Program-made: the position numbers and the translations under genes
DNA from: a virus
Taxonomy: Duplodnaviria; Caudoviricetes
Virus record (IMG/VR): IMGVR_UViG_3300025640_001000
DNA length: 64,000 bases
Reading direction: 5' to 3' (one strand)
Notes under the pieces: generated by a model
What the model saw: only the letters and a program-made list of their open reading frames with translations
Databases searched by the model: none
What the model was told of the DNA's origin: nothing
Part shown: positions 49,515-59,901 of the stretch, piece by piece
How the letters are laid out: every line of letters begins with the position of its first letter
Numbering within the stretch: position 1 is the stretch's first letter

Positions 49515-52154
49515 ATGGCAGTAGAAAGATTTATTACAGAAAGTGGTTCGTTGTCACTTGAACAAATGGGGTCACAAACTTCACCTGTTAGAGTGTATTT
49601 TGTGGTCGCATTAGACGAGTCACCTCAAATAAGTTGTGAAGTTCAATTTGCCGAAGAGTCTGGTTTAGGAAATGTAGAATCACTTGTATGTCCATACGTT
49701 AGTTCTATTGAAGGTGAGCATTTTTATTCATGTACATACAAACCACTTTTATATTTGTATTTAACTGGTGACGAAAACAATCAGGATAGTGATTTGTGTA
49801 TTGAAAATAATACCACTGTTACTGATGCCAATGGCAAACTTATATTAAACGGAGAAACTGTACATGGTAGATTTGCATTAAATGTCGGAGAATATAATTT
49901 AGTGGTAGCTGAAGCACATCCAATTCGTTTAATTGATAATGATACCTCTAAAATACGCATCACAGGTCAGTTCACACACACAAACGGTTCAAGTAATGTT
50001 GGTTATCATGGAAATGTGGTAATATCTGTATATGAAGATTTTGGTACAATTTCTTACGAATGTACCAAGCACGGAGCAATGGGTGGAACAGATAATTTAA
50101 TTTTTAATACAAAGTGTAAACTTGGAGAACCAATTATACCAACTCCAACCCCGAGTCCATCGGCAACTCCTTCTCCGAGTGTTACGTTAGATTCAGGACC
50201 TCAAGGACCAAGTGGAGAGGGTTATACATTTTCAACAAAAGCAGACCTTCAAACTGCGGTAAATGCTTGGAATGACGATTCAATCTCTGCAACAGAAACT
50301 TACGGAGATATCAATACATGGGATGTTAGTGCGATTACGAATATGGCACTGATGTTTAACAACAAAACTAATATTACCTCTCTTGATCTTAGTGGGTGGG
50401 ATACAAGTAATGTGACGATTACGAGTGCTATGTTCCAAGGTTGTTCATCTTTAACTTCTATAACTTTCGGAATCAATTTTGATACAAGTAATGTAGAGTA
50501 TATGAATGGTATGTTCTACGAATGCAATAACCTAATTTCTTTAGATTTAAGCAATTTTGATACAAGTAGTGTGACGAATATGGCTAATATGTTTTCCTAC
50601 TGCTCCTCTCTAACCTCTATAACTTTCGGAGAAATTTTTAGTGGGGATGACATGAACTGGATGTTCCAAAATTGTTCTGCTTTAACTTCTTTAGATTTAA
50701 GTTCTTTTGATACAAGTAGTGTGACGGGTATGACTGGAATGTTTGTTAATTGTTCTGCTTTAACTTCTATAACCTTCGGAGATAATTTTGATACAAGTGA
50801 TGTGACGAGTATGGGTTTTATGTTCCACAATTGTTCATCTTTAACTTCTCTTGATATAAGTGGTTGGTGTGTAACACAAATTGACTATGTACCATTTCGT
50901 TTCACCGAGAATGCACCATTTGCAAATGATCCAAGCAATCTTCCAAATTGGGGATATTGTCCTGTAACAGGAGTAATTTCTGGTGCCACTAACATTGGTG
51001 ATGATACTTTAAATGTAAGCAATTCTGCGGAATTTACAATCGGAGACCAACTTGTAATTGATCGTGGAACAAGTTCGGAAGAAACAACTACAATTATAGA
51101 TAAAGGATCGTTGGTCATTTATCCTGCATTAACAAAATCTCATGCAGATAATGCTACGGTAGAATCAAGACCCGCAGTTCCATCACCAACTCCTTCTCCG
51201 AGTCCATCACCAACTCCTTCTCTGAGTCCATCACCAACTCCTTCTCCGAGTCCATCACCAACTCCTTCTCCGAGTGTAACACCAAGTCCTTCTCCGAGTG
51301 TAACACCAAGTCCGAGTCCATCACCAACTCCTTCTCCAACTGAATCTCCTACTTATGTAGAAACTTACATTGATGATCCATCACCAACTCCTTCTCCAAC
51401 TGAATCTCCTACTTATGTAGAAACTTACATTGATGATCCATCACCAACTCCTTCTCCGAGTGTAACACCAAGTCCGACAATTACGACAAGTCCGTCACCA
51501 AGTCCGTCTGCAACCGAAACTCCCACACCAGTTCCATTCAATATGAAAACTGTTGATTTTACTGATCCAGATTTAATATTTTATGTTTCAATTAGCAATA
51601 TTCAAGGTGCATATTATAATAATGGAAAAACTTTGGTTGGTAACTTTAATCAAAATGATAACACTTCACTTAGTAATGAGGACGGCCTTATTTTGGGAAA
51701 TACCACTTCCTCTGCTCCCTACATGAACCACCTCCGGTACGTAATACAGGTAGATTTAATTGATCCAGTTAGTTCTGATATAAAAACATGGGCTTCTTCT
51801 TTCGATGCACCTGTGGAATTGGGCAGCTCCACAAACAGTTTGGGAGGCTCGTATAACGTTTCTGGATTTATCTTATTTGGTACAAAAGCAGATGCAAGTC
51901 AATTTGATGGATACATCTTACATGACATAAAAATCGATGAAAAATTCAAAACTTCCTCAAGTTATCCAGGTGCAGAATTTACTTTAAATTTATATTCTCA
52001 TAGTTCAAGTTCCAATCTATACAACGGAGTTAAACTTGGAACACTTTTATATACAACGTCTACGTGTGGTACACTCAGAAGTCCCGTGACCTCGCACAAC
52101 AATCAGGCGGGATATTGGTGGTCAGTTACATCTAGATCGTGGGATGCCAACTGA
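49515..52154 (+). CDS. Cupredoxin-like + DUF285/BspA repeat protein with long P/S/T linker
   Basis: [15 protein letters not shown]; FDTSxVTxMxxMF repeats; (PSPT)n tract. Confidence 0.8.
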   Translation: MAVERFITESGSLSLEQMGSQTSPVRVYFVVALDESPQISCEVQFAEESGLGNVESLVCPYVSSIEGEHFYSCTYKPLLYLYLTGDENNQDSDLCIENNTTVTDANGKLILNGETVHGRFALNVGEYNLVVAEAHPIRLIDNDTSKIRITGQFTHTNGSSNVGYHGNVVISVYEDFGTISYECTKHGAMGGTDNLIFNTKCKLGEPIIPTPTPSPSATPSPSVTLDSGPQGPSGEGYTFSTKADLQTAVNAWNDDSISATETYGDINTWDVSAITNMALMFNNKTNITSLDLSGWDTSNVTITSAMFQGCSSLTSITFGINFDTSNVEYMNGMFYECNNLISLDLSNFDTSSVTNMANMFSYCSSLTSITFGEIFSGDDMNWMFQNCSALTSLDLSSFDTSSVTGMTGMFVNCSALTSITFGDNFDTSDVTSMGFMFHNCSSLTSLDISGWCVTQIDYVPFRFTENAPFANDPSNLPNWGYCPVTGVISGATNIGDDTLNVSNSAEFTIGDQLVIDRGTSSEETTTIIDKGSLVIYPALTKSHADNATVESRPAVPSPTPSPSPSPTPSLSPSPTPSPSPSPTPSPSVTPSPSPSVTPSPSPSPTPSPTESPTYVETYIDDPSPTPSPTESPTYVETYIDDPSPTPSPSVTPSPTITTSPSPSPSATETPTPVPFNMKTVDFTDPDLIFYVSISNIQGAYYNNGKTLVGNFNQNDNTSLSNEDGLILGNTTSSAPYMNHLRYVIQVDLIDPVSSDIKTWASSFDAPVELGSSTNSLGGSYNVSGFILFGTKADASQFDGYILHDIKIDEKFKTSSSYPGAEFTLNLYSHSSSSNLYNGVKLGTLLYTTSTCGTLRSPVTSHNNQAGYWWSVTSRSWDAN
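51180..51530 (+). repeat. Coding P/S/T tandem repeats including a perfect 60-bp duplication (about 51317-51457)
   Basis: ccatcaccaactccttctcc units; [20 protein letters not shown] twice. Confidence 0.9.
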
Positions 52155-52355
52155 GACATCAGTAACGGATCATCTTCAAATGAATATATGGTTTATTTAG
52201 ATGGTGGGGTGATCCTTGGAACTTTAAGCATTCCTGCTTAATACATTTTAAAAATAATTATATGTTCTAATTTTATAGTGTTTGTAAATATTCACGATAT
52301 TACTATATTGATTATATCAATCGTATAAAGTTTGAGTAATATATATTTATAGATT

Positions 52356-52880
52356 ATGCAATCTATAAAACTTAAAGATTTGTTACCCGAAGGATTATTT
52401 GATAAACCATCTTTTGCAAGAACTGAACGAGTTCATGCGGAAATGAATAAAATTGATTCTAAAACAATTCTTCGTAAATACAAAGCAACAAATCAGAAAC
52501 TTCATAAAAAACCAAATGGATTTTGGTATGCATTTGGAAACGAGTGGACGGATTATGTAAATGGTGTAGGGGGTGGTTTTGAATCACAATACAATTGGTA
52601 TTACAAAGTAAATGTAAACGGTTGTAAAATGCGTGAGTTAAAATCTGAAAAAGACATCGTAGAATTTACAAAAGAATACACAGACTTTGACGGTACAGAT
52701 GAAACTTTATTTGCAACATTTTTTATTGATTGGAATTTGGTTGCAAAAGATTATGACGGAATAGAAGTATTTCCATTTCCCAAGAAAAATATGCCTGAAG
52801 CAAAGTGGTTAAAGTCATGGGATGTAAGTAGTGGTTGCGTTTGGAACACAAACAAGGTAAAATTAGAATTTGTGGGATAA
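52356..52880 (+). CDS. Hypothetical protein (KPxGxWY...DW...DYDGI...WDV pattern)
   Basis: TATTTATA upstream; N-terminal IKLKDLLPE. Confidence 0.6.
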   Translation: MQSIKLKDLLPEGLFDKPSFARTERVHAEMNKIDSKTILRKYKATNQKLHKKPNGFWYAFGNEWTDYVNGVGGGFESQYNWYYKVNVNGCKMRELKSEKDIVEFTKEYTDFDGTDETLFATFFIDWNLVAKDYDGIEVFPFPKKNMPEAKWLKSWDVSSGCVWNTNKVKLEFVG

Positions 52881-52885
52881 TTAAA

Positions 52886-54331
52886 ATGGCAATTATTAAA
52901 TTAAAAGATTTATTGATGGAGGGTGCGAAAGAAAAAGCAACATTAGACTTCCTTAAACAACTTATTAGAAAAAGTCCATACGAAGGAAAGGTATTTCTTG
53001 CAGGTGGAGCAGTTCGTGATGAACTCATGGGAATTGATGCAAATGATTTGGACTTTGTTATTAATCTTGAGGATGGAGGAGCAAAGTTTGCAGAATGGGC
53101 AACCAAGAAGATCGGTAACTATAAAAAAGGATCGAATCCTGTAACCTATGAAACATACGGAACTGCGAAGTTTAATTTAGTTGGAGTAGAACACAAAGGA
53201 TTTAAATTGGATGACATGGATATTGATTGTGTTATGCCACGTACTGAGGAATACGAAGAAGGAAGTCGTAAACCAAAAGTTGATTCGGGATCACTTAAAG
53301 ATGATGTAGATCGCCGAGATTTCACAACAAATAGTTTGCTTAAAAATTTAAGCACAGGTGAAATACTTGATTTAACAGGTATGGGAAAGCAAGATATCAA
53401 AGACGGTGTAGTAAGAACACCTCTTGATCCTAACGTAATTTTCTCGGAAGACCCACTTCGTATGCTTCGTGCGATTCGTTTTACAATGAAATACAATTGG
53501 AAGTTACCATTGTTTATGATCAAGGCACTTAAAAACAATGCGAGCAAACTCAAGCAAATAAGTGTAGAACGAGTTCAAGAAGAACTCAACAAAATGCTGA
53601 TGACCGATTCTCCTGATCGTGCAATCAAACTTCTGCAAATTACAGGACTCAGCAAATATGTTTTTCCTGAATTAGATCGTTTGATAAAACTTGAACAAAA
53701 CAAGTATCACAAAGAAGATGCAATGGAACATACTTTAAGTGTTGTTAAAGGCACTCCCAAGAACCTTGTAACTCGTTTAATGGCATTGTTCCATGATATT
53801 GGTAAAGAAGCAACCAAAGAAGTTATCGGCAAAGAAATTCATTTTTATGGTCACGAAAAAATTGGTGCGGAAATGACCGAAAAGATTTTAACAAGATTGA
53901 AATATCCTAACAAAATCATAGATGCAGTTGTAAAGGGTGTTGCAAATCATATGAAATTGAAACACGGAGGACCTGATTCGTTTGGAGCAACCGACAAAAC
54001 ACTTCGTAAATTCAAAGTAAATATGGGTGACCACCTTGAAGATGTTCTTAATTTAATACACGCAGATAATATTGCCCACGAAGCAGGATTTGATATGCCG
54101 AATCAAATTGATGCAATTCGCAAACGTCTTGATACACTTGGAATACCACAGGGCAAATTGAAACTTCCAATCAACGGAAAAGACATACTGAAAAAATATA
54201 AGTTGAAATCTGGTAGCATTATTGGTGACCTTCTTGCAATCGTAAAAGACGAATATTTGGAAAATCCAAAAGTAACTGCAAATAAGATTTATCCAAAACT
54301 TGAAAAGTATTTGAAAGATCATCCTCAGTAA
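52886..54331 (+). CDS. cca: Class II tRNA nucleotidyltransferase (CCA-adding) with HD domain
   Basis: AGGAVRD, DLD, RRDFTTN, EDPLRMLRAIRF, SVERVQEEL, LFHDIGK; start MAIIKLKDLLME. A poly(A)- or A-adding specificity is not excluded. Confidence 0.85.
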   Translation: MAIIKLKDLLMEGAKEKATLDFLKQLIRKSPYEGKVFLAGGAVRDELMGIDANDLDFVINLEDGGAKFAEWATKKIGNYKKGSNPVTYETYGTAKFNLVGVEHKGFKLDDMDIDCVMPRTEEYEEGSRKPKVDSGSLKDDVDRRDFTTNSLLKNLSTGEILDLTGMGKQDIKDGVVRTPLDPNVIFSEDPLRMLRAIRFTMKYNWKLPLFMIKALKNNASKLKQISVERVQEELNKMLMTDSPDRAIKLLQITGLSKYVFPELDRLIKLEQNKYHKEDAMEHTLSVVKGTPKNLVTRLMALFHDIGKEATKEVIGKEIHFYGHEKIGAEMTEKILTRLKYPNKIIDAVVKGVANHMKLKHGGPDSFGATDKTLRKFKVNMGDHLEDVLNLIHADNIAHEAGFDMPNQIDAIRKRLDTLGIPQGKLKLPINGKDILKKYKLKSGSIIGDLLAIVKDEYLENPKVTANKIYPKLEKYLKDHPQ

Positions 54332-54855
54332 ATAACTTTACTAAGCAAACAAAATGAATGAGTTTTATTCCAAGCAGAAGTTTGAATAAACTCGAATCCA
54401 GATTTGTTTAGTTCGTTGATTTTGTCCTGTAGCAAATATCCTTGAGAAATTTCATACTGAAAGCATTTGTATTGAAATTTTATAGGACTTGTTTTATCAC
54501 CGATCAACTGCAACTTAAAAACAAATGCAGCGGTTCCACTTTTTTCATTAACAATTCCCATTCTATCTGTATGCCAACCATATTCTCCCATGTCGTTCAT
54601 AGACTTTTCAGTTGATTTATTTGTGACCATCAACGAAAGCATCATGTATTGAAACCGTTGATTTTTTCGTCTGATTTGAAATGGAATTTCAGGATCCCAT
54701 GAATAATCAGGATCACCTGTTTTATAAATGTAGTTATCGAACGACTTTGCTTTTTTAATTGCTTCGTCAACTGTACGGAATTTTGTGCGAATCCAAGAAT
54801 CATTGTAACTTGAACTTGAACCTGAACTTGAACTTGATGAATTTCTGAATGCCAT
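54325..54855 (-). CDS. Hypothetical protein with Ser-rich N-terminus (only convincing minus-strand gene)
   Basis: Fills the gap between two + genes; no competing + ORF in the track. Confidence 0.65.
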   Translation of the reverse strand: MAFRNSSSSSSGSSSSYNDSWIRTKFRTVDEAIKKAKSFDNYIYKTGDPDYSWDPEIPFQIRRKNQRFQYMMLSLMVTNKSTEKSMNDMGEYGWHTDRMGIVNEKSGTAAFVFKLQLIGDKTSPIKFQYKCFQYEISQGYLLQDKINELNKSGFEFIQTSAWNKTHSFCLLSKVIY

Positions 54856-54884
54856 GATTTGTAACGTATTTACTACTTATATAT

Positions 54885-55766
54885 ATGTTGGAAATGCCAA
54901 ACTTAATTCAATTGATACCAGAATCAAAAAAACTTATAGGAGCAACCATACCTGATTTATTAAATACTTTTTTAAATTTTGAAAACAAAGTGTTGATAAT
55001 GTTTGATGTTGAAACTCTTGGATTGAATCCTGGTTACGATTACGAACAGATCACCGAAATTGCCGCTTGTGCAATTTCGGGTGACAATATGCAAGAATTG
55101 AAAAAAATAAACTTTAAGGTTGAACTTTCCGAATCAGCAAAGGAACTGTTAGAAAACACAGATAGCATTCAAAGATTCAATTGGGAACGACGTCAGTCAA
55201 AGCGAGGAAAAACTGCGTTTACTGATCCAAACGAACTTTTAAAGATGACACACTATTATGAAATAAAAAGTAAATGTGAAACAGAAGAATTTGCTATAAA
55301 AAAGTTTTACGAGTTCGTTGAACAATATGAAGATGTCATTTTGGTTGCTCATAATGCAAACTTTGATGTGAGTTTTGTTCATATACGTGGCAATCAGTAT
55401 CAACTTAAATTCCCAACTACAACAATATTAGATACTCTTAGGTTATCTCAGTTTTTCTTTGTTCCTACGGTTGAAACACTTAAAACTTCAGTTGCAACCG
55501 AACTATATGAACGTTTATCTAGAAAAAACAGAAAACGAATTCATATTAGTTCTAGATTGGGGGATTTGGCAGACGCATTTAAAATAAATTCCGAGATGTG
55601 GCATTCTGCATCAGCAGACATTGACATGATGAATCAAGTTATGGTAAAAATTATAAAGTTTCTTGAAACCAACAAACAAACCAATATAAAACTTGCTCAA
55701 GAAAAAGCAATTTATAGAACATTAAAGAAAAAAAGAATACCAAGAAAACGAGGTGGCAACGGATAA
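54885..55766 (+). CDS. DEDDh 3'-5' exonuclease (DnaQ-like)
   Basis: FDVETLG, VAHNANFD, LDTL, WHSASAD. Confidence 0.85.
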   Translation: MLEMPNLIQLIPESKKLIGATIPDLLNTFLNFENKVLIMFDVETLGLNPGYDYEQITEIAACAISGDNMQELKKINFKVELSESAKELLENTDSIQRFNWERRQSKRGKTAFTDPNELLKMTHYYEIKSKCETEEFAIKKFYEFVEQYEDVILVAHNANFDVSFVHIRGNQYQLKFPTTTILDTLRLSQFFFVPTVETLKTSVATELYERLSRKNRKRIHISSRLGDLADAFKINSEMWHSASADIDMMNQVMVKIIKFLETNKQTNIKLAQEKAIYRTLKKKRIPRKRGGNG

Positions 55767-55792
55767 TAATGTGATTTTGTATCTATTTATAT

Positions 55793-56179
55793 GTGATGGA
55801 TGAAAAAGAATCAGAATCTAGCAAAAAACAGCATTTGCTTCAAAAGCATGGCATATTAAGTGAATTTGATATTATCAGTGTAACTTCTTTAGAGTCGTTT
55901 ATGAACACATACGATAAAATAGCAAATTCGTCCGATGATATCTCAGAATTGGCAAATGTATCTAAACTTCTTACTAAAAATAAAAGTGAAATTCCTGGTT
56001 TCATCATTAAAAATTCCAAAACAAATACCGATGATAACCCTGAACTTAATAAAATAGCATATGCACTTATTGAGTTTATAATGAAAAAAACGCAAGACCC
56101 AAGTGATTGGGCATACATTTTAACTTTTGTGATCAACAAGTTGGGATTGGATTTTGAAGACGAGGATTTGGAAGAATAA
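55793..56179 (+). CDS. Hypothetical protein
   Basis: TATTTATA immediately upstream. Confidence 0.6.
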   Translation: MMDEKESESSKKQHLLQKHGILSEFDIISVTSLESFMNTYDKIANSSDDISELANVSKLLTKNKSEIPGFIIKNSKTNTDDNPELNKIAYALIEFIMKKTQDPSDWAYILTFVINKLGLDFEDEDLEE

Positions 56180-56190
56180 TATCAGGTGAA

Positions 56191-56499
56191 ATGAATTTAA
56201 TTATAGATGCAGAGTTAACAGAACCACCATCAGAGGTGTCTGTTTTTAGAGATGTTACTTTGTATTCTAGTGTTTTTTTGAATATGGAGGTGTTGTTGTT
56301 TTGTGAATCTGACATGAAAGATTTGTACTGGTATTGGTTAAAACAAAGAGGTGCTTTCGATTTCGTGGAAGACATTGTATGCAAACGAGTAGAACCAGGA
56401 TATATAATGGCAACCAAAGATGCGAATCTCCAAATAAAGTTTCTTCGTGTAGAGACATTAAATTTTGTTATACAAAGATTACAAAGATTAAAAAATTAG
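56191..56499 (+). CDS. Hypothetical protein (possibly degenerate HAD fold)
   Basis: AGGTG SD; MNLIID start. Confidence 0.55.
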   Translation: MNLIIDAELTEPPSEVSVFRDVTLYSSVFLNMEVLLFCESDMKDLYWYWLKQRGAFDFVEDIVCKRVEPGYIMATKDANLQIKFLRVETLNFVIQRLQRLKN

Positions 56500-56535
56500 T
56501 ACAGTAAATTCAATATATTCTATATTTATAGTGTA

Positions 56536-57804
56536 ATGGCAACAATTAGTTCAAAATTTCAGTATGTTTGGTATGGCACGTGTGAGTCAGAACGTTGTGA
56601 CGATGTTCTGTTTGATAATTGGTATGAAATGAAAGATGAACTTGAAAGTGCGGTAGTCGAAATTTCAACTTATGAAGAAGGTGAGTTTAAATCATATTCT
56701 CCATCAGTAGCAAATTCTACTTCATCTTCATCTGATGACAAACCAAACACATTACTCGGATTGCGATGTGGACATATGTATTTGTTTACATTAAAAACAA
56801 ATAAAAGTATAACAATACCAAATACATACGTTTCGGGCCCTTTATCTAAAGTTTTGAAGTATGGTGCATCCGAAACTTGCTCAACAATAAGTGATGCAGA
56901 TTTACTTGGATGTGGTGGTCAAGATTATACTACATTCTACATGAACGATGCAGTTGTTGGAAATTGGACTCAACCTGACGGCACCGAATCAGTTAGTTCT
57001 CATAAAACTGCGATTTATACAAATGTTGCCGGAGAAATTTACACAGGATCACTTGGATTCAGTGAAAAACCGTCTGACGAGTCGGGTTATACATTGCTTA
57101 CCGAGTTGATTTGGTATCAAAGTAATGCTTCGGATCAAAATTCTTATATTTCAATTAAACTTGATGATTATGAAAAAACTGCATCAGGTGCATCAACAAC
57201 TCCGATAAATGTCGTTAATTTGACATTAAATGGAAAAACAATTGCGTGGTTTACCATCAATGGAGGCATAACAGAATCAACTCAAATTTATTATTTTGAA
57301 AATGCTTCTTGTTATCGTGGTAAAATATCTCCAGATGACTTTATACCAGACGCTGAAAATGGATTTGCAGGTAGAGTAAACGTATTACTCGGAACAGAGC
57401 AAGCAATTCATACATGGCCAGAACTTTGTACGTTCAGAGATCCGAATGAAGATGCAGAATCAGAAACTGCAATAACATTTGATGCATTTAATGTTAGCAG
57501 TTCTCCAAATGAAGATAACACACGAAGTGATATTGAATTGAGTCAATTTGTTTGGAAGGGTGTGTTACAACTTCCACCCGAACAAACTGGTACTGATGCG
57601 GTAACATTAGAATCTCCGAAAGTTATTACTGTGAAAAGTGAATCGGGTGCTGAATTAGGACGAGTTAAATATTTAAGACACGAACCTGTAAAAATAAATG
57701 ATAAAGTGTTTATGTATTTTTATGTAGAAAGTGGTCCACTTGATGGAAACTGCTTGTTTGGTGTGGTGAATAATGATGAATGTATATTAAGGGGTGTTAA
57801 TTAA
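56536..57804 (+). CDS. GWYG-domain modular protein
   Basis: YVWYGTC..RC...GLRCGHMYLFTL..ITIP; CYRGKI module. Confidence 0.65.
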   Translation: MATISSKFQYVWYGTCESERCDDVLFDNWYEMKDELESAVVEISTYEEGEFKSYSPSVANSTSSSSDDKPNTLLGLRCGHMYLFTLKTNKSITIPNTYVSGPLSKVLKYGASETCSTISDADLLGCGGQDYTTFYMNDAVVGNWTQPDGTESVSSHKTAIYTNVAGEIYTGSLGFSEKPSDESGYTLLTELIWYQSNASDQNSYISIKLDDYEKTASGASTTPINVVNLTLNGKTIAWFTINGGITESTQIYYFENASCYRGKISPDDFIPDAENGFAGRVNVLLGTEQAIHTWPELCTFRDPNEDAESETAITFDAFNVSSSPNEDNTRSDIELSQFVWKGVLQLPPEQTGTDAVTLESPKVITVKSESGAELGRVKYLRHEPVKINDKVFMYFYVESGPLDGNCLFGVVNNDECILRGVN

Positions 57805-57805
57805 A

Positions 57806-58537
57806 ATGGGAACAATAAATAATTTACATCAAATGGGTTGGTATGGTTCTTGTGGATTTGAACAAGAATGTGAAGATTTTTATATGGTCAATTTAGACAA
57901 CGCAAGTCGCGAAAATCTTGACTCAGTTGTTAGAACACATGATATATCAAATGGAAGAACATTCACCAAATTTACTGCATACGACTTACATGATAGTAAT
58001 ATCGCAAGTAAAATTGGTGGGGAAACAAATCGTTCAGTTAATTTTGATTCGTATTTCAATTATACATTTGAAAGTATGGAATGTGGTTCAGGATATACAG
58101 TTCATTTATCACAATCAAGAAATTCATCAGGAGCAAGTTCCGTTGAAATTGAAAACTTTAATGTAGCAGATGGTACATCATTTGTATCAAACGATTGTTC
58201 TAATGTAGTTGCTTCACCGTGTACAACTGATGGTTATTTGTCAATGATGGCAAATTCCACAAATACGGTTGAAATAACCGGAGTTGCAACTTTGATAACA
58301 AAGGATATTCAACTTGAAGGAACATTCTTTATTCCACCAAGAGATTCATCTGCTAGTTATTTACCGAAATCAATTGATGTTTCAATAGATGGTGGTTATT
58401 TTGCAACAATAACATACAATGGTGATTGGGACACAAGCATGGGTTCAATCATTTACTTTAAAACAGACACAGATTTGTGTTATAGTGGTGCAATTGCACC
58501 GGAAACAAATCAAGTTACTTTAACTTTAACTAATTAA
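57806..58537 (+). CDS. GWYG-domain modular protein
   Basis: MGWYGSCG..ECEDF...FESMECGSGYTV; C-terminal CYSGAI module. Confidence 0.65.
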   Translation: MGTINNLHQMGWYGSCGFEQECEDFYMVNLDNASRENLDSVVRTHDISNGRTFTKFTAYDLHDSNIASKIGGETNRSVNFDSYFNYTFESMECGSGYTVHLSQSRNSSGASSVEIENFNVADGTSFVSNDCSNVVASPCTTDGYLSMMANSTNTVEITGVATLITKDIQLEGTFFIPPRDSSASYLPKSIDVSIDGGYFATITYNGDWDTSMGSIIYFKTDTDLCYSGAIAPETNQVTLTLTN

Positions 58538-58552
58538 TGGGGTGAACAGAAA

Positions 58553-59881
58553 ATGATATTAAACAGAAGAATAAATTTAATTTGGTATGGTCGTGGAAAT
58601 ATAGAAAATGAGTGTGTTGCATTTGCGTTGCATAATGTTACAGAAGTATCAAATGCAATATCTGACGTGTATTGTGTAACAGACGGAGGTTCAAGTAACA
58701 CATTTCAAGAAAACACATGGAAGACATCAAAACCAAGTCAATTAGCCGGATTCACAGAATTGAAATGTGGAAATCTTTATGTGGTTGTATTGAATGATGG
58801 AGCAACTATTGATATTCCTGAAGCAGTTGTTGTTTATGGTGGTGAATCAGTGAATCCTGCTGATATAGTTAGTGTTCTTCCGAATAACGATGGTGGAACT
58901 AATCCAGGTCCTGATCCTGAACCACCAACGGGAATTTGTGGTCCTGTAGGTCACGATGAAATTGTAGTTATTGCTGGTTCGGGTGACGCCTACAACGCAA
59001 ACTTCAATCACAAAACTAATTCACAAATCTCAGCAGTAGCAACAATTACTCCAACTGCTGGTATGGTAGACAGTGCCTCGGATATTAAATTTTATTTTCC
59101 AACGAGTATGTTGACTAAAAACGATAGTCTTGGAAGTTATACTTTCTCTTTAGACGACAGTGAAATTATGTCTATGGATACAGAAATCAATTTAGCAGGT
59201 GCAGATTTTTATATATCAATAAACTCTGTGGTACCTGCTTTTAGTGGTTGTTATAAAACTACAGGTAATATTTCAGGACCTGATCCTTATCCAATTGAAA
59301 AAGTAGGTGAAACCGATGAGAGAACACCAACCCCATCTCCTTCGCATACGGTAACTCCAGATGTTCCCGTGGATGCACAAGCAACTTGTTTTGCGGACAA
59401 TGCAGCGGAATACAAAATGGTATACGAAGCAGCGTCCAATGCAACTGCCGAAACTCTGGTAACGACTGATAATGTTAAAGTTTACAAGAAGGGTAGTGCA
59501 GATGCCCTAGGCGATGCAGGATCCAACAATTCGGATTTAGCCGCAACTATGTTGCGTGATGAGATGATAGGAAAGGCTGCGAGTGACGGTGCTAACAGTA
59601 AACACTCGTTTTGTATTTGGTTTAATGTAGAACTTGTAGATAATGCAAACGACCCGAATGATGATGTCATTCTAAGTGCTACGAGTACGGGTAACGGGAT
59701 TACAACTGGGGATACACTTGTCGTTGCAAACGGCACACTGGTGAAGGATTTGAATAACGGGTCCAACAAGTATGGAAAATTTGTTTTGGTAAATACTCCG
59801 AAGATTTATGTAAATTCCGAAACTCCATCCTGTGTAACCACATCAGACGACGGTGACGGTGTGGTATCGTTTAACTTCTAA
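58553..59881 (+). CDS. GWYG-domain modular protein
   Basis: LIWYGRG..ECVAFAL...GFTELKCGNLYVVVL..IDIP; Pro linkers. Confidence 0.65.
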   Translation: MILNRRINLIWYGRGNIENECVAFALHNVTEVSNAISDVYCVTDGGSSNTFQENTWKTSKPSQLAGFTELKCGNLYVVVLNDGATIDIPEAVVVYGGESVNPADIVSVLPNNDGGTNPGPDPEPPTGICGPVGHDEIVVIAGSGDAYNANFNHKTNSQISAVATITPTAGMVDSASDIKFYFPTSMLTKNDSLGSYTFSLDDSEIMSMDTEINLAGADFYISINSVVPAFSGCYKTTGNISGPDPYPIEKVGETDERTPTPSPSHTVTPDVPVDAQATCFADNAAEYKMVYEAASNATAETLVTTDNVKVYKKGSADALGDAGSNNSDLAATMLRDEMIGKAASDGANSKHSFCIWFNVELVDNANDPNDDVILSATSTGNGITTGDTLVVANGTLVKDLNNGSNKYGKFVLVNTPKIYVNSETPSCVTTSDDGDGVVSFNF

Positions 59882-59901
59882 TTGAGTTAGCATGATTTGC
59901 A

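Noticed and set aside
17086-51530. Short tandem repeats (ccaactcc/acacca units) as a CRISPR array
   Set aside because: They are in-frame Pro/Thr/Ser linkers with no unique spacers, and no cas genes are present
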